A DNA stretch of 64,000 bases, from contig CAVPCQ010000015.1 of the NCBI GenBank assembly GCA_963702425.1, positions 1-64,000 on the forward strand. Reading direction: 5' to 3'. This document shows positions 1-9,700 of the stretch, piece by piece. The translations under genes and the position numbers were made by a program. The stretch is from an uncultured Acidobacteriota bacterium (lineage in GTDB: Bacteria > Acidobacteriota > Polarisedimenticolia > J045). Position 1 is the stretch's first letter, and each line of letters begins with the position of its first letter. The notes beneath the pieces are model-generated. The model saw only the letters and a list, made by a program, of their open reading frames with translations, was not told the DNA's origin and did not search any database.

Positions 1-328
1 TGATCTACGGGACGCGCAACGAGCTGATCGAGATCGCCCGGCAGCGCGTGGCCGACAACCCCGGGCGCTACGTCGAGGACCGCGTCTACGGGATCGAGGA
101 CGCCGGCGGGGACCAGGTGTCTACCTCGCCCACGTTCCGTTCGCGAGCCTCGGGCTGCCGGAAGTCGGTCCGGAGAGCACACCGCGCCTCGCCAACACGG
201 TCCAGCAGGGGCTCTACCGCGGCTTCATCGCGCCGGCCGTGCTCTACGGTGCGCTCGCGGTCGTGATGTTCCGCAACCGGAGCAGCCACGACACTGACGT
301 CGACGGACACGGGGAGACCCGGCGATGA
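1..328 (+). CDS. hybA: Hydrogenase-2 Fe-S subunit HybA, 3' part (partial; apparent indel near 110-121)
   Basis: The frame from position 3 reads IYGTRNELIEIARQRVADNPGRYVEDRVYGIEDAGG. The frame from 122 reads YLAHVPFASLGLPEVGPES...TVQQGLYRGFIAPAVLYGALAVVMFRNR (C-terminal TM anchor) to TGA 326-328, which overlaps the hybB ATG. Confidence 0.8.
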   Translation, partial: DLRDAQRADRDRPAARGRQPRALRRGPRLRDRGRRRGPGVYLAHVPFASLGLPEVGPESTPRLANTVQQGLYRGFIAPAVLYGALAVVMFRNRSSHDTDVDGHGETRR

Positions 329-1509
329 GCAGCCACGCGGAAGTCCACTCACCCGTCGGCGGGAAGATCCTGACCCGCCCGATGCTGATCCTGCTGGCGA
401 TCGCCGCCGTCGGCGGCCTGGTCGCCCTCTGGCGCTTCCTCAACGGAATCGGGTCCGTGAGCGCCCTCAACAACGGCTACCCCTGGGGCGTCTGGATCTC
501 GATCGACGTCGTCGTCGGCACCGCGCTCGGCTGCGGCGGCTACGCGGTCGGACTCCTGGTCTACATCCTCAACAGGGGCCGCTACCACCCGCTGATCCGT
601 GCCGCGGTGCTGACCAGCCTGCTGGGCTACGGCCTCGCGGTGATCGCGGTGACGATCGACCTCGGGCGGTTCTGGGAGCTGTGGAAGGTGCCGGTCTTCT
701 TCTGGCGCTGGTCGCACTCCCCGCAGCTCGAGGTCGCGCTCTGCGTCGCGGCCTACAACCTGGTCCTGCTGATCGAGCTCTCGCCGGCCTTCTTCGAGAA
801 GTGGCGCCACGGCAGCAACCCCTCGCTGCGGAGCCTCTCGGAATGGGGTCTGCGCTTCGTCGACAAGTGGTCGGTCTGGATCTTCGCCCTCGGCCTGCTG
901 CTCCCGACGATGCACCAGAGCTCGCTCGGCACGATGATGCTGCTCCCCGGGCCGCGGATGAACGCGCTGTGGTACACCCCGTGGCTCCCGTTCCTGTTCC
1001 TCGTCAACTGCATCATGATCGGCTACGCGGTCGTCACGCTCGAGGCGCAGTTCTCGTCGGCCGCCTTCCGGCGCCCGAGCGAAACGCCGATGCTCGCGTC
1101 CCTCTCCAAGGTCACGGCGTGGGTCGCGCTGTTCTGGGTGGCCTTCCGGCTGGTCGAGGTGCTGATCCGCGGGAGGATCGGCCTGCTCTTCACGGGCAAG
1201 GGGCTCTTCTTTCTGGCCGAGGTGCTGCTCACGCTCGCCGGGGCGCTGATCCTGTTCGTGCCCGAGCGGCGCAGCCGGGCGACCTGGCAGGTGCGGGCCG
1301 CGATCCTGCTGCTGCTGGGCGGCGCGCTGTTCCGTGTCAACACCTACCTGGTCGCCTTCAATCCCGGCAATAACTGGTCCTACTTTCCGTCGTTCACCGA
1401 GCTGTTGATCACCTTTGGCATCTTCGCGGCCGAGATCGCGGTCTATCTCGCGATCGTCAAGATGTTCCCGATCCTGAGCGGTGCCCGCCACGCGGCGTCG
1501 AGGAGCTAG
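325..1509 (+). CDS. hybB: Ni/Fe-hydrogenase 2 integral membrane subunit (NrfD/PsrC family)
   Basis: About 10 TM segments; motifs YPWGVWISIDVVVGTALGCGGY, DLGRFW and LPTMHQSSLG; lies between hybA and the large subunit. Confidence 0.92.
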   Translation: MSSHAEVHSPVGGKILTRPMLILLAIAAVGGLVALWRFLNGIGSVSALNNGYPWGVWISIDVVVGTALGCGGYAVGLLVYILNRGRYHPLIRAAVLTSLLGYGLAVIAVTIDLGRFWELWKVPVFFWRWSHSPQLEVALCVAAYNLVLLIELSPAFFEKWRHGSNPSLRSLSEWGLRFVDKWSVWIFALGLLLPTMHQSSLGTMMLLPGPRMNALWYTPWLPFLFLVNCIMIGYAVVTLEAQFSSAAFRRPSETPMLASLSKVTAWVALFWVAFRLVEVLIRGRIGLLFTGKGLFFLAEVLLTLAGALILFVPERRSRATWQVRAAILLLLGGALFRVNTYLVAFNPGNNWSYFPSFTELLITFGIFAAEIAVYLAIVKMFPILSGARHAASRS

Positions 1510-1512
1510 ACC

Positions 1513-3213
1513 ATGGGACAGAGGATCACCGTCGACCCAATCACCCGTATCGAGGGCCACCTGAGGATCGACGTCGAGGTGGATGGCGGGCGAATCACCA
1601 ACGCCTGGTCCACCGGGACGATGTGGCGCGGCATCGAGGTCATCCTGAAGGGCCGCGACCCCCGCGACGCCTGGGTCTTCACGCAGCGCTTCTGCGGGGT
1701 GTGCACCACCGTGCACGCCATCGCTTCGGTGCGCGCCGTCGAGCACGCGCTGAAGCTGGAGATTCCACTCAACGCCCAGTACATCCGCAACCTGATCATC
1801 TCCGCCCACGCGGTGCACGATCACATCGTCCACTTCTACCAGCTCTCCGCGCTGGACTGGGTGGACGTCGTCTCGGCGCTCAAGGGCGATCCCGCGGGCG
1901 CCGCGAAGATCGGGCAGACACTCTCCGACTGGCCGGGCAACAGCGTGCAGGAGATGCAGGCGGTCAAGGACAAGCTGGCGAGCTTCGTCGCCGGCGGCCA
2001 GCTCGGGATCTTCACCAACGGCTACTGGGGCCACCCGGCAATGAAGCTGCCGCCGGACGTCAATCTGATGGCCGTCGCGCACTACCTGCAGGCGCTCGAG
2101 ATCCAGCGGAAGGTCAACCAGATCGTCACGCTGCTGGGCAGCAAGACGCCCAACATCCAGAACCTCGCGGTCGGCGGCGTGGCCAACGCGATCAACCTCG
2201 ACAGCTCCTCCACGCTCAACATGGAGAAGCTCTACTTCATCAAGGACATCCTCGACGAGGTCGGAGCCTTCGTGAAGAAGGTCTACCTGACCGACGTCGC
2301 GGCGATCGGGGCGATGTACCCCGCCTGGCTCGGCTACGGCTCGGGCGTGACCAACTACCTCGCCGTCCCGGATCTGCCGCTGGACGGCAAGGGGACGCAG
2401 TTCGACCTGCCCGGCGGCACGATCATGGGCGGCGACCTGTCCACCTTCAAGCCGATCACCAGCTTCGATGACCAGTACTTCCAGGAGAACGTCACCGAGT
2501 CGATCGCACGGAGCTGGTACGACGGCGACTGGGACCGGCACCCCTGGGAAGAGGAGACGGTTCCGAAGTACACCGAGTGGACGCCGGAGGCGAAGTACTC
2601 GTGGGTCAAGGCCCCGCGCTTCGCCGGCAAGCCGACGCAGGTCGGACCGCTGGCCGCGGTCCTCGTCGGCGTCGCGGCCGGCCACGAGCCGACCAAGAAG
2701 TACCTCGGCGAAGCGGTCGGGCTGGCCTCCAAGCTGGCCGGAACGCAGCTCGGCGTGAACCACCTGCACTCGACGCTGGGCCGCCACGTCTCCCGCGTCG
2801 TCCGCTGCGCCGTGATGTTCGACGCCGCGGTCCACCAGTGGGAGCTGCTCGTCGGCAACATCGGCAAGGGCGACGTCGCGATCTTCAACCCCCCGGTCTT
2901 CCCGGCGGGCGAGCAGCGCGGCTTCGGCTTCCACGAGGCGCCGCGCGGCACGCTCTCGCACTGGATCGTGATCGACAACGGCAAGATCAAGAACTACCAG
3001 GCCGTGGTCCCGTCGACCTGGAACGCCGGCCCGCGCGACGAGAAGGACCAGCGCGGCCCGTACGAGGCCTCGCTGATCGGCAATCCGATCGCCGAACCGG
3101 AGAAGCCGCTCGAGGTCCTGCGCACGATCCACTCGTTCGATCCCTGTCTCGCCTGCGCGGTCCACACGATCGACGTCGAGGGGAACGAGATCGGCCGGGT
3201 GAAGGTGCTGTGA
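1513..3213 (+). CDS. hybC: [NiFe]-hydrogenase large subunit, group 1 (Hyb/1c-type by context)
   Basis: DPITRIEGH; L1 motif QRFCGVCTTVH; EAPRGTLSHW; VPSTWN; L2 motif SFDPCLACAVH followed by a cleavable C-terminal extension. Confidence 0.97.
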   Translation: MGQRITVDPITRIEGHLRIDVEVDGGRITNAWSTGTMWRGIEVILKGRDPRDAWVFTQRFCGVCTTVHAIASVRAVEHALKLEIPLNAQYIRNLIISAHAVHDHIVHFYQLSALDWVDVVSALKGDPAGAAKIGQTLSDWPGNSVQEMQAVKDKLASFVAGGQLGIFTNGYWGHPAMKLPPDVNLMAVAHYLQALEIQRKVNQIVTLLGSKTPNIQNLAVGGVANAINLDSSSTLNMEKLYFIKDILDEVGAFVKKVYLTDVAAIGAMYPAWLGYGSGVTNYLAVPDLPLDGKGTQFDLPGGTIMGGDLSTFKPITSFDDQYFQENVTESIARSWYDGDWDRHPWEEETVPKYTEWTPEAKYSWVKAPRFAGKPTQVGPLAAVLVGVAAGHEPTKKYLGEAVGLASKLAGTQLGVNHLHSTLGRHVSRVVRCAVMFDAAVHQWELLVGNIGKGDVAIFNPPVFPAGEQRGFGFHEAPRGTLSHWIVIDNGKIKNYQAVVPSTWNAGPRDEKDQRGPYEASLIGNPIAEPEKPLEVLRTIHSFDPCLACAVHTIDVEGNEIGRVKVL

Positions 3214-3728
3214 CGATTGCGGTCGTCGGGCTGGGGAACGTCCTGGAGGGCGATGACGCGTTCGGTCCCTGGGTCGTTCAGTGGCTCACGGCCCACTACG
3301 AGTTCGGGCAGGGGGTGTCGGTCGAGGATCTCGGCACCCCCGGCCTCGACCTCCACCCCTTCCTGGTCGGCCACGAGGTGATCGTCGTCGTCGACACCGT
3401 ACGGTCCGAGGGCGCACCGGGCGAGTTGCGCCTGTACCGTAAGGACCAGATCCTCAAGCACGCGCCGCAGCCCCGGCTCTCGCCGCACGATCCCGGGCTG
3501 AAGGAGTCCCTCATGGCGCTCGAGTTCCGCGGCGACCCGCCGCGCGAGGTGCTGCTCGTCGGCGCCATCCCGGGCACCGTGGACCACCTGATCGGCATGA
3601 CGCCGCCCGTTCGGGCCGCGGTACCGCTGGCCGGCGCGGAGGTCGTGAAGGAGCTGGAACGGCTCGGGCATCCGCCGGTCCCACGCGTCCCGCCGGGTGA
3701 GCCCGACATCTGGTGGGAACGGCGGTGA
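3210..3728 (+). CDS. hybD: Hydrogenase maturation protease (HyaD/HybD family)
   Basis: GTG at 3210 overlaps the hybC stop; motifs GLGNVLEGDDAFG, DLGTPG, VVDTV and SPHDPG. Confidence 0.92.
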   Translation: MTIAVVGLGNVLEGDDAFGPWVVQWLTAHYEFGQGVSVEDLGTPGLDLHPFLVGHEVIVVVDTVRSEGAPGELRLYRKDQILKHAPQPRLSPHDPGLKESLMALEFRGDPPREVLLVGAIPGTVDHLIGMTPPVRAAVPLAGAEVVKELERLGHPPVPRVPPGEPDIWWERR

Positions 3729-4105
3729 ACTGGCCCCGGGCGGAGCGCATCCTGATCGTCCTGATCGTCGCGCACACGATCGCGGTCGGGATCGGCCTGA
3801 CGCTGCTCGCCAGGTGGGGCGCCCGCTTCGGCGGTTTCGGCGAGCTGCAGCCGACCTTCTTCGCCCGCCAGGCCGGGGTGTTCCACTTCGTCGTCGCCTT
3901 CGGCTACCTGTACGAGTTCCTCCGGTATCGCTCGATCGGTCTGCTGCTGTTCGCCAAGAGCGTCGCGGTGGTCTTCCTGACGCTGGCCTTCCTCTTTGGC
4001 CAGCACGCCTGGCTCGTCCCGGTGTCGGCGCTGGGCGACGGCGTGATGGGTGTCGTCGCGTGGTGGGTCCATCGCCGGGCGTGCGAGGCCTCCGTCCGCG
4101 GCTGA
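3725..4105 (+). CDS. Small 4-TM membrane protein of unknown function, coupled to the hyb operon
   Basis: GTG at 3725 overlaps the hybD TGA; four hydrophobic segments; strong GC3 codon bias. Confidence 0.75.
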   Translation: MNWPRAERILIVLIVAHTIAVGIGLTLLARWGARFGGFGELQPTFFARQAGVFHFVVAFGYLYEFLRYRSIGLLLFAKSVAVVFLTLAFLFGQHAWLVPVSALGDGVMGVVAWWVHRRACEASVRG

Positions 4106-4172
4106 TTTCCGGTGCCGGCCGGATCTAGAATGGCGCCGGCCCTCCCCCCTAAACCGGCCCAGGAGCCCCCCC

Positions 4173-6473
4173 ATGCGCCGTCTCGGGTTCACGGTCTCGT
4201 GGTTCCTCCTCGCTCTCGTCCTGGCCTCCCTCCTCCCGCCGGCACTCGCGGCCGACGCCGGAACGATCGACGAGTTCCGGCAGCTCTCGCTTGCGGCGAA
4301 GGGGTTCCCCGTCGCGGCGCGGTCGGTCAAGCTGAACCGGCTCGAGTTGGAGCTTGTCAGCGGGACCGTGACGCCGATCGTGACCGCGAGCGGCGAGCGG
4401 CTCGGGATCTACTTCGAGGGCGACGGGAAGCTGCTGATGCGGGTCACGGACCCGCAGTCCCTGGCCGTCTTCGCGGAAAACACGCGATTGGCCGACAACC
4501 GGCTGACGGTTGGACCGGACAACGTCCGCGATGAGTTCCAGCGGCTGGTTCTGCTCTCCGGAAAGCCGGTGCTCGACGAGTTGCTCGCCGGCGAAACGGC
4601 GGGGACGACCGGTGCGGGCTCCAAAGACGCGCTCGATCGGATGCTGGCCGGGATCGACCGCTCGGAGACCGGCTTCGATCATCTCGCCGCCGAGGCACGT
4701 TTCAACGACACCGGTGGACAGTACGTCTACGCCGAAGTCGAGGGCGGACCCGTCCGTCTCGGGTACGTCTACGACCGCGTGCGTTTCAACTACGAAGGTC
4801 TCTTCACGTTCTTCCGGCCGCCCGGCTACGACTTCCGCTTCATCCGGCGCGTCGTCACACAGGACCTCGAATCGAAGGCCGTGGTCCCCTTCACGCTCCA
4901 GAAGGCATCCCTCGCCGTCGACACCCCGGACAACCGCTCGGGCTCGATCACCAGCACGCTCGAACTCCGGATGGAACGCGACGGGATCCGGATCCTCCCC
5001 TTCGACCTGATCAACAACCGCGACCACAAGTCCAATGCCTGGAACTCGACGCGCAATGTTCTGACCGTAAAGCGCGTCACGGATGCTTCAGGGCGCGAGC
5101 TGCCGTTCTCTCACCGCTACAACGAACTCGTCGTCGACCTCGGGATGGCGCCGAAGTCCGGCGCCGTGGTCACGCTGACCGTGGAGACGGCAGGCGAGAT
5201 CTTCACCGACCCTAGCGGTGAGCGGAGCGACAACTACATCGATCTCTTCTCGATCGACTGGTTCCCGGTGCCACAGTCGATCGGGGCGAACCGCTTCACT
5301 TTCGACCTGTCGCTGCGTACGAAGAAGCCGTTCCGTCCCGTCGCCTCCGGCGACACGGTCTCGATGAAAGAGGAAGGCGACTACTTCGTGCTCCAGTCGA
5401 AGAGCGCCACTCCAGTCATGCAGGTCGCCGTCTTCGCCGGCAAGTACAAAACGAAGGAGATTGCGGCCGGGAGTCACAAAGTCACGGCATACGCCTACGC
5501 CATGGGTCGCGACCAGGACCTCCAGCGGCTGGCCGAGATGTCGGCCGCCTTCCTCCAGCTCTACGAGAAGATGTTCGGCCCCTACCCATGGCAGGAGTTC
5601 GACCTGGTCGAGGTCCCGACGTTCGCGCTCTTCGGCATCAGCCCTCCCGGCGTGGCGATCCTTACGACCCGCTCGTTCCGCCCTAAGAGCGACCAGATGG
5701 AGCAGTCGCAGAGCAACGCGGATGTCAGCGCGCTCGTCGCCCACGAGATCGCACACCAGTGGTTCGGGCACAAAGCGTGGCCGATGTACCTCTCTGAGGA
5801 TCGCTGGCTGGCGGAGTCGCTCGCCGAGTACGCGTCAGGACTTGCGATGGGAGTGGCGCTACAGAACACGAAGACAAGTACCGCCCGCATCACCGACTTC
5901 AAGCAGATGCTGGGAATCTGGCGCGGCTACGCAGACCTGGCCGAGGACAAGGCCTCGATCGCCGGGGCCTCCGAGCTCAGCGGCGACCTCGCGGACGACT
6001 ACCGCTACTACCTGCTCTACTGCCGCGGCCCGTTGGTCCTGCACCAGTTGCGCACGATGATCGGCGATGAGCGCTACCTGACGATCATGCGGAAGTTCCT
6101 CGACACCGCGAACTTCGGTCCGGCGACGACCGCGGACCTGGCGAAGGCAGCGTCCGATGTGCTCGGCCAGGACATGAGCTGGTACTTCGACCAGTGGGTC
6201 GAGGAGCCCGGCACGCCGGAGATCAAGGTGGACACCAAGGTCGAGCCGGCGGCGGCGGGAGGCTACCAGCTCGTCGTCCGACTGACGCAGCCCGCAGGCG
6301 CGGCCTTCAAGAAGCTCCACGTGCCGCTGATCCTGGAGTTCCCCGGCGGTCGCAAGGCGGTCAAGCTGCCGTTCCAGGAAAAGCCGGTGCAGGACTTCAC
6401 GTTCCCGCTGGACGCAGAGCCGACGAAAGTGCTGGTCGATCCGGGGAAGAACAGCCTGGCGACGTTCAAGTAG
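4173..6473 (+). CDS. Secreted M1-family (gluzincin) metallopeptidase with extended N-terminal domain
   Basis: AGGAG before ATG 4173; signal peptide; HEIAHQW...WLAESLAEY; YCRGPLVLHQLR; YFDQWV; C-terminal VDP motif. Confidence 0.88.
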   Translation: MRRLGFTVSWFLLALVLASLLPPALAADAGTIDEFRQLSLAAKGFPVAARSVKLNRLELELVSGTVTPIVTASGERLGIYFEGDGKLLMRVTDPQSLAVFAENTRLADNRLTVGPDNVRDEFQRLVLLSGKPVLDELLAGETAGTTGAGSKDALDRMLAGIDRSETGFDHLAAEARFNDTGGQYVYAEVEGGPVRLGYVYDRVRFNYEGLFTFFRPPGYDFRFIRRVVTQDLESKAVVPFTLQKASLAVDTPDNRSGSITSTLELRMERDGIRILPFDLINNRDHKSNAWNSTRNVLTVKRVTDASGRELPFSHRYNELVVDLGMAPKSGAVVTLTVETAGEIFTDPSGERSDNYIDLFSIDWFPVPQSIGANRFTFDLSLRTKKPFRPVASGDTVSMKEEGDYFVLQSKSATPVMQVAVFAGKYKTKEIAAGSHKVTAYAYAMGRDQDLQRLAEMSAAFLQLYEKMFGPYPWQEFDLVEVPTFALFGISPPGVAILTTRSFRPKSDQMEQSQSNADVSALVAHEIAHQWFGHKAWPMYLSEDRWLAESLAEYASGLAMGVALQNTKTSTARITDFKQMLGIWRGYADLAEDKASIAGASELSGDLADDYRYYLLYCRGPLVLHQLRTMIGDERYLTIMRKFLDTANFGPATTADLAKAASDVLGQDMSWYFDQWVEEPGTPEIKVDTKVEPAAAGGYQLVVRLTQPAGAAFKKLHVPLILEFPGGRKAVKLPFQEKPVQDFTFPLDAEPTKVLVDPGKNSLATFK

Positions 6474-6493
6474 CCGCGGGGACCCGCACCTGG

Positions 6494-6727
6494 CTACGGC
6501 TCCCAGCGGACGTCCATCTCTTCGCGATCGCCCAGGGCCTTGCGGAGCAGCGCGACGAGCGCCGCGTCGCCGCCTTCTTCCTCGAGGAACTCGATGACCG
6601 GACCGTCCATGTAGTAGTCGTGGTCCTCGTCCGCCTCTTCGACGAGGCACTCGTTCAGGAAGTCGAGCTGCTCCGCGGTGATCTCACCGACGAAGTTCCC
6701 GGACTCCTTGTCGTAGAGCTTGGGCAT
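6494..6727 (-). CDS. Small, very acidic hypothetical protein (77 aa)
   Basis: GGAGGAGG RBS; good codon bias; follows the large surface protein on the same strand. Confidence 0.75.
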   Translation of the reverse strand: MPKLYDKESGNFVGEITAEQLDFLNECLVEEADEDHDYYMDGPVIEFLEEEGGDAALVALLRKALGDREEMDVRWEP

Positions 6728-6758
6728 GGCCCCTCCTCCGCGGCGCGTGGCGTGCGGC

Positions 6759-9700
6759 TCACTCTACCGTGAATCCGCCCATCAAGGTGACGGTCCCGGT
6801 GGGGGCCTCGACGACGATGTCCTGCAAGCCCGGGTCGAGCTTCGGGATCTTGATGTCGATGATCGTGTCGCCCGACGTCGGCCCCATGAGCCAGCTCGAG
6901 ATCTTCGCCTTCTTCCCGCCGACCGTGACCGTCCCCTTCTTCGTGCCCCAGTAGCTGCCGGAGATCCTGACCTTGGTGCCCTTCTCGCCGGTAGCTGGCA
7001 GAACCGCCCGGAGGGCCGGAGCCTTGGCCTCGAACGCGTTGAAGTAGGCTCTCTCCGGGGTCTTGTTCGGGATCACCCGCACGTCGTAAACCCCCGGCGG
7101 GAGCACCTCCTTGAGCAGGCAGACGACCTGCGTAGCCGCCCAGGACTTCACCTTGCAGGGTGTGCCTCCCACCTCGACTTTCCCCTTTCCGGAGCCGAAG
7201 TCGGCCACCGCGTCGGTGACGACCAGTTCGGTCCCCTCCGTGCCGGCTTCCGGCGTGACGAACAGCGTGCGCGCGACGATGCGTGCTTCCCCGCCCACCG
7301 CGACGTCGATCCAGGTGAAGTCGCCCAACTGGTCGAAGACCTTGCGGTAGCGGCCGCCCGGCGGGATGTCGCCGGAATCCCAACCGCCCGTTCCAAGCGC
7401 CGGATCGATCAGCGAGAGGACGCGGTGCGGGCGATCGTCGGAGTTGACCCACTCGACGACGTCGTCCTCCGAGACGTTGAGCCGCCCGGAGACCGGGGCG
7501 TCGGAGAGAACGATGCGGCGCGTGAGCGTCTCGTCGACGGACAGGGGGACGTTCGGATCGACCACACCGCCCACGACCACCTGGGAGGGCGTGCTGTAGG
7601 CCTCGAACACGCGCAACGGGTCGGCCCCGCTCCAGCGGTAGCGTCCGGGGGGCGGGTAGAACGGCGCCTGGCCGTCCGGCGCGGTCTCCTGCGGGTTCGG
7701 CGCCGCGCCGAACAGCTCCGCGGGCCACGGCAGCCACGCGACCGTCGGGACGTTCGCGAAGCCGGTCGCGGGACGACCGGCCCAGAGCGCGTTCACGAAG
7801 CCGGCGACGGGGTCGTCGATCCCCTTCCCGCCGGCTGCGTCGTAGACGCGTCCGGCGGCGACCAGCATGCCGTCGTCGGCTCCGGTGTCGACCAGCACGG
7901 CCGCCGGATCGGAGGCCGCGCAACGGTAGGTGACTTTGACGGGCACGCGCGTGCCCGCGGCGGTTCCGACGGGAACCTCGAAGGTGCCCTGGAATCGGCC
8001 GCTGGCGTCATCGTAGGCCAGCGGCTGCGACGCCCCGCCGGCCCCACCCAGCGCCAGCGTCCAGACCTGCAGCGCGGGCGCGGTGGCGCAGCACGAGGCC
8101 ACCCCGAGCGTGTAGGATCCGCCCGGGGCGAGGCGCATGCTCCTCCACCCGCTGTCGATCCGCGCCCGCCCCTGGCCGTCGTTGAGTCGCTGCGCCCGCC
8201 CTTCCGTGTCGACGAGGACGATCGCGACCGGATCGGCCGCGAGCTGCGGGTCGACGGTCAGCACGAACTCCTGCGCCGGGCTGGCGCTTCCCGCGTGTTC
8301 CGCGGTGAGCGAGAAGGCGTGCTCCCCCTCGGTGAGCCCTTCCTGCTCGATCGCGAAGGTGCGGTCGGCGCCCACCTCGACGCTTCCCGCCGGCTCACCG
8401 TCCCGGCGCAGCACGACGTTCACCCCGGGCTGCGCAGCGCCACCGACCGGGAGGCCTGTCCGGCAGGTCTGACCGCCCAGCGGGGGCGAGGAGACGAGCG
8501 GGGCGAGGAGCGGAACCGCGTGCCGGACCTCGGCGACATTGTCGGCGGTGTCGTTCTCCGTGCTGTCGTTCGTGATCTCGGCGTGCAGCAGCAGCTCGGT
8601 TCCCGGCGCCGCGGCCCCGGGAAACCGCACGCTCAGCCACGCTCGTCCGCTGTCGAGCCGGCCGAGTGAGCCGACGCCGAACGTCATCCGTTCGGGTTCT
8701 CGCATCCCCGAGAGCGGCAGCCACGAGCTGGCGTCGACCGTTTCCGACCCCACGGGCGCATCGCAGGAGATCGATACGGCGGACGCCGACAGCCGCCCCG
8801 CGTTTCGGTAGTAGAGCGCGTAGCGGAAGTACCAGTCGTCGCCGAGCGGGTCGTACCATTGCGTCTCGAGCGCGGCGGACAGCTCCACGTCGGACTCGCT
8901 CGCGTCACCGGTGATGTCGACCGGAGCGGGCGGCGCGGGATTCCCGCCGTTCCACGCGGCGACGAGATCGGCCTCGAACTGCACGAAGGGAACGTACACG
9001 GCCTCGCCCGAGACGGCGATCAGCACGTCCCGCGGATCCGAGTCGGGCGCCGACTCGATCGTCTCCCGGTTCCAGGAGTGTGCGTCCACCGAGTTCAGGA
9101 TCTTGACGGACGTGCCGTCCTCGCCGCGGCAGGCGAGGTGAAGGGTTCCGGAGCGGTCGAGCACCAGCGAGGCTCCGGTTCCGTCCGAGAGCTTCTCGAG
9201 GGCCCAGCTCGCCCCCGCATCGCTCGACCGCGCGACGTGAACCCCCGACGAAGAGCCGAAGGCGGCGACGAGGAGTGTGCCGTCGAAGACCATCAGCTGC
9301 CGCGATCCGGCAAGGCCGGTCTTGTCGGAGATCACCGTCTCGACCCAGGTCGCGCCGTCGTCGGTGCTCCGCGCGTAGACCGGCCCGCTCCCGTCGGGGA
9401 GCGGGTAGAGCGCGTGCATCGTGCCGGACGCTTCGACGGCCAGCGAGAGCAGCCCCGCCGCGGCGTCGACGATCTGCGCCGCGGTTCCCCAGGTCGACCC
9501 CTCGTCGGTCGAGCGGATCATCCAGAGCGCGCCGTCCTTGCGGTAGAGCACGGCGACCGTGTCCGCCTGCGCCGCGACGGCGATGCCCGTCGCACCCGCA
9601 CCCGGTTCGGCGTCGAGAGTGGTGCGCGTCCAGGTCGTCGAGCTCCCGACAGCGCGGGCGTAGACCAGCCCCGCGCCGGCATAGGCCACGTGCGTCAGCG

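Noticed and set aside
3130-3170. Selenocysteine ([NiFeSe]) hydrogenase
   Set aside because: The L2 motif is DPCLAC with Cys codons and there is no in-frame TGA.
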